Origin: Antedon mediterranea | Taxonomy: Eukaryota; Animalia; Echinodermata | Assembly: GCF_964355755.1 (NCBI RefSeq) | Contig: NC_092676.1 | Location: forward strand, 18,990,871 to 19,054,870 | Reading direction: 5' to 3' | Length of the DNA stretch: 64,000 nucleotides | Shown: positions 49,000-60,021 of the stretch, piece by piece | How the letters are laid out: each line of letters starts with the position of its first letter | Position numbering within the stretch: the stretch's first letter is position 1 | The notes under the pieces: model-generated | What the model saw: the letters and a program-made list of their open reading frames with translations, nothing else | Told to the model about the DNA's origin: nothing | Database searches by the model: none | Program-made: the position numbers and the translations under genes

Positions 49000-51900
49000 A
49001 TGGCAGTTGCAACAGCATTAAAATCAGAAACAAAAGTTGGTGAGGTAAGAACAACATTTACGTCATACTGTTCGTCATCAGTGTTACTTTTTGTGTCTTC
49101 CACCACCTGTGGAAGTTTATATATTGCCAACCTACCATACCAAATAATAACTCTTTAAATGAATAAAAATATTAATTCACATTTAAAAAGCTATCAAGAA
49201 ATTAAGTGCTGGAAATAGTTGTAACTATTCCAAGGTTGAAAACATGATTAAACTAGTTATTTTTACATGCAAAAACATACAAAAAACAATACATTTTTAA
49301 AATATGTAAAAACAGTAAAAAGTAACTGAGTAGGCCCACTCACTACCCCTATAACTTTAAAAAGAATGTTACATTATTATAATTCATTAGTATAGTATGA
49401 CCTAAAGTGGATCTTATGACATTATCTTATTAATCAATTTTACCATATCTATTTTTAGTGGTCAACAATATTCCCATGCAAGCAGGTTAATGAAACGCAG
49501 TCAGCTTTGTTTGTCAAGAAGCTGTTAGCAGTAGCTGTTTCTAACATTACTTACCTGAGAGCAATATTTCCAGAAAGCGCTTACGGAGATCGACGCTTGG
49601 AAGGTAAGAATGTCTGAATGAATGCAGTCAGAAAAAAAAATTGCAAATGGCTTCCTACTTCTAAAGCTCGGTCTACACTATCAAACTTTATGTGACAAAA
49701 ACATTTTTTTTCAAACTAGTGTACTGTAGACAGAGCTTTAGAGTTTTATCAGATAATCGATATTGTTTTTACAACTCTTGTAACATGACTGATTTTGCCC
49801 TAACTGAATGCAGAATGTTTCACTAAGCAAATGTATTCAAAAGCATCCGCTTAATTATACACAGGTGTATTCATATTTCCATAGTTCAAATACGCCAAAT
49901 TCTAGTCCCTTGAGTTTTTTGCTGCAGTAAAAATAGTAACTTTCTACACAACAAATCCAGGCTCATGAGCAGTCATGTGAATCAAACAGCTCAGCAGATG
50001 AAAATCACAGCTATTTAGTCTTGGAACATGAAAATGGTAGCATGATTTTTTCTCTGCATTAGATTTACACGACTAAATTCTTCTAGTGGAAAACAGGCTT
50101 TATGTTTCAATTACAGGTTTTAAATCATAACTGAATCTTCTGCATTAACCAAATTCATTTGTATTTTAAAATCTGCAATTTTTGCTGATATTTTGACAAC
50201 ATTTTTGAATAAAGCATTTCTTGATAGAATTATTATCTTTGTTTTATAAGTACTACACATAAAAGAGAAAAATTCTATAGATATTCACTATTTTACTGTA
50301 CAGTATTTATAGAATTAAATAGTTAGAAGTCTTTATGTATTTCAATGAGGTATATTAAATATAGAGTGAGTTTGTTTGATCAAATTAGCATGTTGTAAAT
50401 AAATAATTATGTTCTATTGCAGATATCAGCTTGAAAGTACTACGGGATGAAAGTTCATGCCCTGGAGCTTGCCAGGTCATTAAATGGGTCAAAGGTTGCT
50501 TTGATGCCCTGGACAAGAAATATGTAAGTTTTCTTTAATAGAACTTCAGTCTAAGTCATTAATGCAATTACAGTCCCAAATAGATTTTTACTCTTAAGTC
50601 TGTCTACACTTTATGCAACAAAACATGTGTTGTGCCCATATTATGGACATGATGATGTCATATTACTACCATATTTGGGCATATTACTACCATATTCGGG
50701 CATATTACTACCATATTTGGGCATATTACTACCATATTTGGGCATATTACTACCATATTTGGGCATATTACTACCATATTTGGGCACATCACCCTTTTTT
50801 GTTGAAATATTTTGAAAATGTACAAAGAGTATTATAAATGCTCAGTATTACTATTATTATTTACAATATGAATGAACATTTCCTTTATTTTAAGCTCATT
50901 GGTTCGCAAGTAATTTGACCAATCACAAGCGATGGATTATTTGAATTGTTGCTTGTCATTGGTCAACTCGGGTCACTTGTGATTACGTCCTAGTGGGAAC
51001 CAAGCTTTAGGTGATTCCAGCAATTTGTTTTATTCCCGATTCCAGCAATTTGTTTTATTCCCATGATTTTAATCACATTTTCGCATTATATTAATTTATA
51101 TTATATTTTCTTTCTCTTAGCTGAAAACAATAGTCATTGGGGTAAGTAAACAAATCATTTTGTTACCAACAAAGACTTCATTACAAGAACAAACCAATTG
51201 AAAAATCTTTAAAATACATTCGAAGGAATTTTATATTCAGATTTGTTGAACAGTATAATATATTTATAAAATATAATAATAATAAATAATAATATGATTA
51301 CCAATTTTGTGTTTTATTTTTTTCCCCCAGATTTATGTTGATCCAAAGCATCCTGAAGTAAGTGAATTTTAATGTGAAAATAAAATATGATTTATACATA
51401 TATCTTATGTTTACATTTTAGCAATGATAGATGCATTAAATTCAAGAAAATCCCCCAGTATTTTTTTTGTAATGACTTTATGTGGTAACGGGAACTAGAG
51501 TGGGCGTTGAGGGCAGGTGGTTGAAACACGAGGTTGAGAAAGAAAGTAGACAATAAAGTGTTGATTCATAAGACTGTGTTTTCTTGCTCTTATTTAAATT
51601 GTGTGGATACTACAATTGGCGACGAGGATGAACTATAATATAGTGAGTAAACCACACCCATTTCTGGAATCTCCAGGCACGCCCGTTGTTCAGTGGAAAA
51701 CATGGAAAATAATATTTCAAAATTACTTGTCGGCTGCTGAATTGGAGGGAGCGTCGGCGGGCCGCCGCAAAGCTATCCTGATAGCGTCGTTAGGTACTGA
51801 AGCTCAACGGATTTATTACACTGTTTTGAACAGTAGGGCTACTTCGGCTGCCATACCAGGTGCACAGCAGGCAGCAGATGATGATAATGATGAATTTACA

Positions 51901-54900
51901 AGAGCATTACAATTACTTGGTGACTATTTTGAACCTAAAATTAACGTGGTAGCGGAGAGGTACAAGTTTCGTAGCCGATCTCATGAACCAGGTGAGAACG
52001 TTCAAACGTTTGTTTTAGCTCTTAAACACTTAGCAAGTACGTGCCAGTTTGCTGGGTTGCATGACGACATGATCCGTGATCAGATTGTAGAAAAAACAAA
52101 CTCTACAAGAGTACGTGAAAGATTATTAATGGAGAAAGACTTGACCTTGACCAAAGCTATTCAGATTGCAGAGAGGGTCGAAGCAGCTGAGAAGGAACGG
52201 AAAGCGATAGAGGGGATAGCGGTAAAGATTCCCGATGAACTCAATGCAGTACCAATGCCAGTGTGTGCACAAACACAGGTGAACAAAAGGAGCTACCGTA
52301 ACAATGGTCCTAATGGGGAAGGAAAAAGACGATGTTTTCGATGCGGGTCACAACGCCACCAGGCAAATTCTGATGAATGTCCAGCAAGGAGTCGAGTATG
52401 CCGTCAGTGTTCCAGAGTAGGCCACTTTCAGCGCATGTGTCGGGAAGTTGGTAATGCAAATGTTATGCAGTGTTTCGATGGAGAAGCTAATGGTGAGTGC
52501 ATGAGGAAGACAAATGTTTCAGTGACTATTCGTGTGAATAATGTGAACCTACCTTTTGTTGTTGATACAGCGTCAGATGTATCCCTGTTAAGTATGAAAC
52601 TGTTTCAAAGACATTTTGTGCAGGAAGCACTGTACCCAAGTGGAGTTAATTTGTTAACTTATACAAGACAAACAATTAAAATTGTTGGGGAATTTAATGC
52701 ATTGGTTAAGTACAAGTCAAAAATGGCTACAGCAAAGTTTTTAGTAGTAGACCAAGGGTGTTCTATTTTGGGAAAAGATTTAATTCAAAGGCTAGCGTTA
52801 ACAATTGATGGGTCAACTATGTCATGTTTGACAATGAAAGTTGAGAACTGTGAGGGTGAGGATACCAATATGGGTTGGGTAAAAAATAAGTTTCCCCATC
52901 TATTTGGTTCTGATCTGGGACACATTAAAGGTTTTGAGCATACAGTTAAGGTTAATTCCCAAGTGCCACCTGTGCAGCAAGCACTGAGAAGACTGCCTCT
53001 GGCAGTTCGGGACAAAGTTACTAATGAGTTGAATAGGTTGGAGAAGGAAGGAGTTATTGAAAGGGTTAAGGGGGCAACCGATTGGGTGTCTCCATTAGTA
53101 GTTGTTTGGAAGAAAAATGGTGGAATACGACTTTGTGTGGATTTGAGAAAAGTAAATGAATCCATAGTAATTGAAAAACACCCTTTACCAAAAATTGATG
53201 AATTATTAGATACCATGTCAGGTGCTAAATTGTTTAGCAAATTAGATTTGAAGTCTGCATATCACCAGTTAAATTTACATGAAAATAGTAGAGACCTTAC
53301 AACGTTTGTATCCCACAAGGGTTTGTATAGATTTAAAAAGGTGTGCTTTGGGTTGGCTTCTGCTCCTACCGCATTTCAAAAATTAATGTCAATAATACTG
53401 CAAGGAATTCCCAATATTGGGTACTTTATTGATGATATTTTTGTTTTTGGCAAGACTAAATCAGACCATGATACAGCTCTAAGGGCAGTACTCAATAGGC
53501 TTCAAGAGTATGGAATGCGCCTCAATGACAAGTGTGAGTTTGGAGTGACTAGCGTTAAAATTTTGGGCCATGTATTAGATTCAGAGGGGCTTCACCCAAA
53601 CCCAGAATTAGTTAAAGCAATAAAATGCGCTCCGGTTCCAGAAAATAAAGAGCAGGTGAAATCCTTTCTGGGCTTAGCCGGATACTATTCCAAATTTATA
53701 AAGAATTATGCAACCCTTGTACAGCCACTAAGGGATATTCAATTAGGGGAGGAATTTGACTGGAGTAAAAGGGCCAGTGGGGCATTTGCATTGATTAAGC
53801 AGAGCATTGTGACATGTCCAGCCCTTGCCCTGTTTGACCCAGAAAGGGAAGTAATTGTGACGACAGATGGGTCGGGGTATGGAATAGGGGCGGTTCTCAC
53901 CCAGCTAATCGAAGGGAAGGAAGTAACCATAGCTTTCACATCAAGAAAGTTAACATGTGCAGAAAGAAAATATTCCACAGGCGAACGTGAAGCCTTAGCA
54001 TGTGTGTACTCAATTGAGAAATTTCATACGTACCTATGGGGTAGACATTTTATACTACGAACCGATCACAAAGCACTGACAACACTGTTAGCATCCAGTG
54101 GGAATGGCCACAGACCTATGCGTATAGCTAGATGGGGTGCAAGGCTGCTAAATTATAACTACACCGTTGAATACAAACCAGGCTCTGATAATGTTGTGGC
54201 AGATGGATTATCTCGTCTGCCATTGGAATATGAAGGGGGGTCCTCGGAACAGAACAATGACATTGCTGCGGTATGTTTAGTAGAGATAGAAGAAGAGTGT
54301 TGTATAACCCTAGGACAATTTAAGGCTGAGGTAGATAAAGATGAAACCCAACAGAAAGTGATTAAATACATAGAGTCTGGTTGGCCAGAAAGTAAAGATA
54401 TGTTGGATAGCAACATACTGCCATATTATAAAGTACGGGAGGAATTAATAGTATTAGAAAATAGAGTTTACAGAGGTGATAGGGTGGTGGTACCAGACTC
54501 CCTAACAGTTCATTTAATTTACAAGGCACATGAGGCTCACCAAGGGATAATGAGAACTAAGAAAAGATTAAGGCAATTGTATTGGTGGCCAAGAATGGAT
54601 ACCCAGGTAGAAAATATAATTAAACATTGCATTGTGTGTATAGAACATGATAAAACGATAAAGATTTCAAAAGCTCCAATGACACCCATAGAATACCCAT
54701 CAATGCCCTGGGAAAAGTTGGGACTAGATATAGTGGGTCCCTGCGACTTACTACCAAGCCAGTGCAGATTTGCCATTACTTTAATTGATTACCATTCTAA
54801 GTGGCCAGAGGTATGTTTTGTACCAAAAGTTACCACACAAGTCGTAATAGATTTTCTGTCGAGGGTATTTGCTCGGGAGGGCTACCCATTAGAATTGATA

Positions 54901-57900
54901 ACTGATCATGGAGTTCAGTTTGTTAGTTACGAAATGAAACAATTTCTGAAACAAAGGGATATTAGGCATTTGCATTCTGCTATTTATCACCCACAGAGTA
55001 ATGGGGCAGTAGAAAGATTTAACAAAGTGTTAAAACAAACAATACAAACTGCATCATTAGAAGGGAAAGAAGTTAAACAATATGTACAGTCATTTTTATT
55101 TGTATATAGAAACACTCCACACTCAACAACAGAGGTGGAACCAGCACTGCTGTTACATGGACGAAAATTAAGAAACCAGTTAGATATTAAAGGATTGACA
55201 CCGCCATCAGATGTGGTGGTTGATAAAACTAAACTTAAAGAACTAGTAAGGGTTAAACAAGAGAAACAAAAGAAATATTTTGATAATCATAACAGTGTAA
55301 AATTACCTGTTGTACAGGAAGGAATGCATGTAAAGGTAAAGAAAACTGGATATGTACATAAGGGTAGTAGTTCATTTATGGGGCCATTTCGAGTAGTTAA
55401 GAAGGTGGGAAATGCGACTTTTGTGTTGAGTAATAGAAAAACATATAATATTGAAAGGCTGGCTATTGTAAGCCCTGATTGTAAGAAATGGGCGACGCCA
55501 TTGAATAAGGTATTGATAGATGATTTTGAAAATGAACAACCAGAACATGTAAATGTAGATAGATTCATACAAAGAGATGTAGACCAAGTTCCGTATAGAA
55601 CTAGGTCAGGTAGAGTAGTAAGGAATCCTAGTAGGTACGTTGAAGAATGTAATTTGTTACAAGGGGGAGATTGTGGTAACGGGAACTAGAGTGGGCGTTG
55701 AGGGCAGGTGGTTGAAACACGAGGTTGAGAAAGAAAGTAGACAATAAAGTGTTGATTCATAAGACTGTGTTTTCTTGCTCTTATTTAAATTGTGTGGATA
55801 CTACACTTTAAGATCTGAGAAGTTGTTGGTCATTCCTGAGGATCTAGATAAATTTCCTAACCTCATCCTCAACCATGTTGGGCCAAGTTATGATTATGAT
55901 ATGTTTTACTCACTGTTCATTCTACTCATCCTAATTCTATTTCAGACTGTAATCGAATCTTACACATTTAAATTTAGTTACAATGAACATGGACCAAACA
56001 TGAACATATTCAGGCAAGTAACTGTATCCTAAAATCTATTCGCAACAACAAATGTGAAAAGAAATGTTGAAATATCCAAATGTGTGTTGCTTGAAAAAGC
56101 TAGTATTGTCTGATCTCATACAGTTAGGCCTGCTTGGCTACTGTACTCTTAATAATCACTGTCAGCAGTCCCTTTTAAAAACTTCAGCTTCAAGTCAATT
56201 CTCAGTTTTGTAACATGACATATGTATTGTTTTGTAGCTAGGTCTGCTTAGAATTAACTTCCTCAAACAAAATGTTACTCACACGTGTTACTGTCAATGT
56301 CTTTGTAATAATAATAATAATGGCTTATATACAGTGCCTCCTAATGCAAATGTTTCTGAGCACTTTATCCAATAAAGACTGAAGGTAATTCAGGTATACC
56401 ATTATTATTGCTCTGTTCTAATGTACTGTAAACTCCCAAAAGAGAGCTCGTCAAAAACAGAACTCACATGATCTTGACAACAGCTGACTCTGAGTAAACT
56501 AAGAGGACCAAATTAGTTTCTAAAAAGTAGTTCTTAAAGCTCTGTCTACACTATCAAACTTTATGTGACAAAAAAAGCCGATATATGGACACGATGTCAT
56601 ATAGCCATATTTGGCATATCACTACCACACTTTTTTGTCACTAGTTTGATAGTGTACACAGAGCTTTACAAAATTCTGATTCTGAGAAACCAATGTTGCA
56701 ATATCCAAATGTGTATTGCTTGAAAAAGCTTGTAGTGTCTAATCTCATGAAGTTAGGCCTGCTTGGCCAACCGTACTCTTACATAATCACTGTTTCTTAA
56801 TGTTGCGTAAGACATTTAATTTTAACCAACATACAAGTAAGTCTTTTCTGTGTTTATTCAGGAATAACAAGAAGTTAACAGGAGCTGCAACTGAGTTGGA
56901 GACTAAGAAAGCCACCATTAGACTCCTGAGGACTATCATTGTGTTGACGCAATCCCTCTCATCTCTACCTGAAGATGTTATGATGACTATGAAACTATTT
57001 TATTATGATGAGGGTAAGATTTAATATTGCCTAAGGGCCCGATCATACTTTAGAATTTACATTTAAAATGATCGCGTGTGGCTTCCCCTGGGTAAAAAAA
57101 GAAAGAAAACAGCTGTTCCAAAAACCTACCTCAGTTGCTGGATTTTTCAATACACCTAAAACCACTAGCCGATTGACCACAAGATAAGGAGCAATTTGAC
57201 CTTACGTTGGTAAAAAGATGAATAAAATACGACCTTGCTGGGTAAATTTTGTTGAGTTTACATATGTAAACTTTTGTCATCCGAACTGGTCCACTGACTA
57301 GTCCCAAGAATAATTACATGTGTAATTGAGTTTAAGAGCCTAAGAGTGTTGGGTAAATCTTGTTGAGTCCGAACGGTTCTTCTGATTAGTCTCAAGTTTC
57401 AAACTTTTATCTTTAAACTGGTATTATATTCATTTTTTATTTCTTTATTGTTAAATTAATTTATTAACTTTATTTATATTTATTCTTTTCTAAATTTAAA
57501 TTTGTAAAGGCAATCCCGTCACAAGATTCTTTTTGGGATTTACCTTCGTACATTTTCTTGTATTATCAGTCGCCATTTTGTTTTTGTTACTATTTGTCTT
57601 CTGGACGTGAATAAATGTGAATTGAATTGAATATGAAGAAAAAAAGAGTAATTTAGGTGACACATGTAATTAAGTTTACAGTCCGAACACAACCTTAATC
57701 TGAATTTGATATCATACATATATCATTATTATACACTTTGTTACTATACTTGAATGAGTGATAATAATATCGTTTAGTTACCCCATGTGAATACCAGCCT
57801 CCAGGTTTTCAAGCAGGAGATGCTGATACCTTTAAGTTTGAAGAAGAACCAATGAATATCTGTGTTGGGGACGTCTCAACGGTAATTTGCTTTTTATTTT

Positions 57901-60021
57901 TATTTTACTAATGGGACTAAGTGTAACAATTTTGTAAAGGTGGTGAATAATATTTTTTCTTTCTTGAAAGGTTTCAACATTATTAAACAACATAATGACT
58001 GAATTACTTTTTTTGTTATCTTTGTCATACACTAGTTTGAGAAAAACAGTGTGATGTGCCCAAATATGGTAGTGTTATGACATCATCAAGTTCATATATG
58101 GGCACATCACATTTGTTTGTCACATAAAGTTTGATGACAGAGCTCATACTCTTACTGTATATAAGTAAAAATGTAGGTAATAGTTTTTAATTTATGCAAA
58201 TTATCCAAATTATTGATGCTTATTACAGGTGTCTACAAGTGTCACACAATATGCTATGTTAATTTTTATTTGAACCAGGTTGGAAATGATATTGTTCTTT
58301 TTGCATATGTTTATGTTATATTCCATCAATCAATGATTACTCATTTTAATATTATTTAATTAGTGTTTTTTCTTCCCAAACATTCGTTCTCTGGCGGTCC
58401 TTTGAATAAACAAGCCTTTTCATACGTAAGTATTTCACAATTCCTCAAACGTTTCTTAAACAAATAAATATTTAACTTGATTGTGTGACAGCTTTCCATT
58501 TTCATTGGATTTTATTACCCTAATATTCAGAATATCAATCAATCGTTCGATTTATATAGCGCCATTCCAACATTCATTGCTCATGGCGCTGTAACATTAA
58601 GACTTAATTTATAATTTTAAATCTCTGTCCACATTATCAAACTAGTTTGACAAAAAATTGTAACGTGCCTAAATATGTTGGTGATATGCCTAAATATGGT
58701 AGTGATGACATCATCATGTCCATATATGGGCACGTCACATTTTTTTGTCACATAAATTTAATAGTGTAGACAGCTGAGCTTATAAAAAAAAATGTATTAC
58801 TATTATTGCACAATAAACACTTAGTACACCTATGAATTTTAGGGTGAAAATGCGTATAAAGACAGATGGAAAACAATTTGAGATGAAAGAAGAAGAAGAA
58901 AACGTTAGCCAAGCGGAAGTATCAGAAGATAAAGCAGAACAGCAAGTTGATGATGAAGCTATGGATGTAGAGGTTAGTGTATCATTCACATGTGCACGTG
59001 GTCATATCACTATCATATTTGGGCACGTATAACACTTTTTTTTGTCAAACTAGTTTGGTAGTGTAGACAGAGCTTTAAGCTCTGTACCTTTCCTCCTCTA
59101 TTGATATAGAGGCTAGTAAATAATGCTAATAATAATATTGTTCTCAATAACTTGGTACTTTTAATTGTAAACTTATTTAAAGTTACAAACACTATGTGTG
59201 TATTAAATTTAATCTTTCGATATAGAAAAATTTGACAGGTTTGGACACGGTTTACCTTCAGAATGACAAACAATCAATTTTTACTAAGAAATATATCACA
59301 AGCCCATACACTGTAAATACATTACTAATGAATAACCTAATGAATATGTACAGTATTACCTAAATGGCCATAATGACACATATTCACTATGCACAGGTTG
59401 TGCAGGTAGGCATAATGAACCTGTTCCAAGGAACATAGTATTCCTTTTTAAATAACGCACTATGTTCATAGTATAAAATGTGTTATTATTAATTATACTC
59501 TAGGGTGAAATAAATGGAACAAAACCAACAGAAGTGGAGTGCCCTATTGAAGGGGATGAAGTGCCTGTTAAAAGCCCATGTGTACCAAGTAGGTGTTGTG
59601 ATGCTCTTAATAGATCAAATGAGCTTACTAAATTTTGTATGGGGTAAACTAAAAAAAAAGATGTTGCTCTCAGAGAATTCCAGTGTAGAAGTTAAGTAGT
59701 TGATTAAGAAATAATTGGATTTGTAGCCAAGCATCATAACCACCAAGCCACAACTCCACTCAAAATAGTCTAATTATTTGTTAACCATCTTCATTGAGAT
59801 CAGGCTGTCTTTGATTGTTTAGGCAATATGCATTCTCTTGAGTGAGAGAGACCATGAGCAATCTATGTGCTTCATATAATTATATAAGCTTATCTAATGG
59901 GTACCATATATTTGTAGATAAAGCCAAAGATGTTGCATTCTCACCTGGTTCTGTTACTGACGATGTTTACGAAACTGCCGACGAAGAATACCTTGTAAAA
60001 TGCCCCTGTGAAAATAATGAG
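49000..60021 (+). CDS. HORMAD1: Meiotic HORMA-domain protein (HORMAD/Hop1 family), 5' partial, entering a probable PHD finger
   Basis: Exons 49000-49044, 49459-49603, 50423-50523, 51121-51141, 51331-51357, 55946-56013, 56862-57013, 57778-57881, 58415-58425, 58843-58972, 59504-59588, 59918-60021. Peptides [78 protein letters not shown] and VSTPFHTVK; ends VKCPCENNE. Confidence 0.93.
50660..50786. repeat. 21-bp tandem repeat (GGGCATATTACTACCATATTT, about 6 copies) inside a family A MITE
   Basis: Expansion of the MITE's internal motif. Confidence 0.85.
51481..55805 (+). mobile_element. Intact Ty3/Gypsy LTR retrotransposon (Mag-like)
   Basis: Identical 134-bp LTRs (TG...CA) at 51481-51614 and 55672-55805; TSD CTTTA on both sides; PBS TGGCGACGAGGATG complementary to the tRNA-Ser(GCT) 3' end; PPT AAGGGGGAGA at 55661-55670. 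Confidence 0.97.
51628..55689 (+). CDS. Gag-Pol polyprotein in a single ORF: Gag with two CCHC knuckles, protease, RT, RNase H, integrase
   Basis: The ATG overlaps the PBS. Motifs CFRC..H..C and [14 protein letters not shown]; VVDTAS; LDLKSAYHQ; FIDD; [12 protein letters not shown]; HHCC zinc finger; DIVGP, TDHG and NGAVERFN. Domain order PR-RT-RH-INT; the stop codon falls inside the 3' LTR. Confidence 0.95.
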   Translation: MNYNIVSKPHPFLESPGTPVVQWKTWKIIFQNYLSAAELEGASAGRRKAILIASLGTEAQRIYYTVLNSRATSAAIPGAQQAADDDNDEFTRALQLLGDYFEPKINVVAERYKFRSRSHEPGENVQTFVLALKHLASTCQFAGLHDDMIRDQIVEKTNSTRVRERLLMEKDLTLTKAIQIAERVEAAEKERKAIEGIAVKIPDELNAVPMPVCAQTQVNKRSYRNNGPNGEGKRRCFRCGSQRHQANSDECPARSRVCRQCSRVGHFQRMCREVGNANVMQCFDGEANGECMRKTNVSVTIRVNNVNLPFVVDTASDVSLLSMKLFQRHFVQEALYPSGVNLLTYTRQTIKIVGEFNALVKYKSKMATAKFLVVDQGCSILGKDLIQRLALTIDGSTMSCLTMKVENCEGEDTNMGWVKNKFPHLFGSDLGHIKGFEHTVKVNSQVPPVQQALRRLPLAVRDKVTNELNRLEKEGVIERVKGATDWVSPLVVVWKKNGGIRLCVDLRKVNESIVIEKHPLPKIDELLDTMSGAKLFSKLDLKSAYHQLNLHENSRDLTTFVSHKGLYRFKKVCFGLASAPTAFQKLMSIILQGIPNIGYFIDDIFVFGKTKSDHDTALRAVLNRLQEYGMRLNDKCEFGVTSVKILGHVLDSEGLHPNPELVKAIKCAPVPENKEQVKSFLGLAGYYSKFIKNYATLVQPLRDIQLGEEFDWSKRASGAFALIKQSIVTCPALALFDPEREVIVTTDGSGYGIGAVLTQLIEGKEVTIAFTSRKLTCAERKYSTGEREALACVYSIEKFHTYLWGRHFILRTDHKALTTLLASSGNGHRPMRIARWGARLLNYNYTVEYKPGSDNVVADGLSRLPLEYEGGSSEQNNDIAAVCLVEIEEECCITLGQFKAEVDKDETQQKVIKYIESGWPESKDMLDSNILPYYKVREELIVLENRVYRGDRVVVPDSLTVHLIYKAHEAHQGIMRTKKRLRQLYWWPRMDTQVENIIKHCIVCIEHDKTIKISKAPMTPIEYPSMPWEKLGLDIVGPCDLLPSQCRFAITLIDYHSKWPEVCFVPKVTTQVVIDFLSRVFAREGYPLELITDHGVQFVSYEMKQFLKQRDIRHLHSAIYHPQSNGAVERFNKVLKQTIQTASLEGKEVKQYVQSFLFVYRNTPHSTTEVEPALLLHGRKLRNQLDIKGLTPPSDVVVDKTKLKELVRVKQEKQKKYFDNHNSVKLPVVQEGMHVKVKKTGYVHKGSSSFMGPFRVVKKVGNATFVLSNRKTYNIERLAIVSPDCKKWATPLNKVLIDDFENEQPEHVNVDRFIQRDVDQVPYRTRSGRVVRNPSRYVEECNLLQGGDCGNGN
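56063..56793 (+). repeat. Diverged direct repeat of about 100 bp (56063-56162 and 56692-56793)
   Basis: AATGTTG.AATATCCAAATGTGT.TTGCTTGAAAAAGCT...AGTTAGGCCTGCTTGGC...GTACTCTTA...ATAATCACTGT occurs twice in one HORMAD intron. Confidence 0.75.
56538..56665. mobile_element. MITE family A copy
   Basis: TAA|AGCTCTGTCTACACTATCAAACT...AGTTTGATAGTGTACACAGAGCT|TTA. Confidence 0.8.
57430..57632 (+). mobile_element. LINE 3' UTR remnant
   Basis: Stem-loop AAGGCAATCCC...GGGATTTACCTT followed by AATAAA and a (TGAAT)n tail. Confidence 0.4.

Noticed and set aside
51601-51627. ORF-track start of the 1362-aa polyprotein
   Set aside because: This is a GTG inside the LTR; the first ATG is at 51628.
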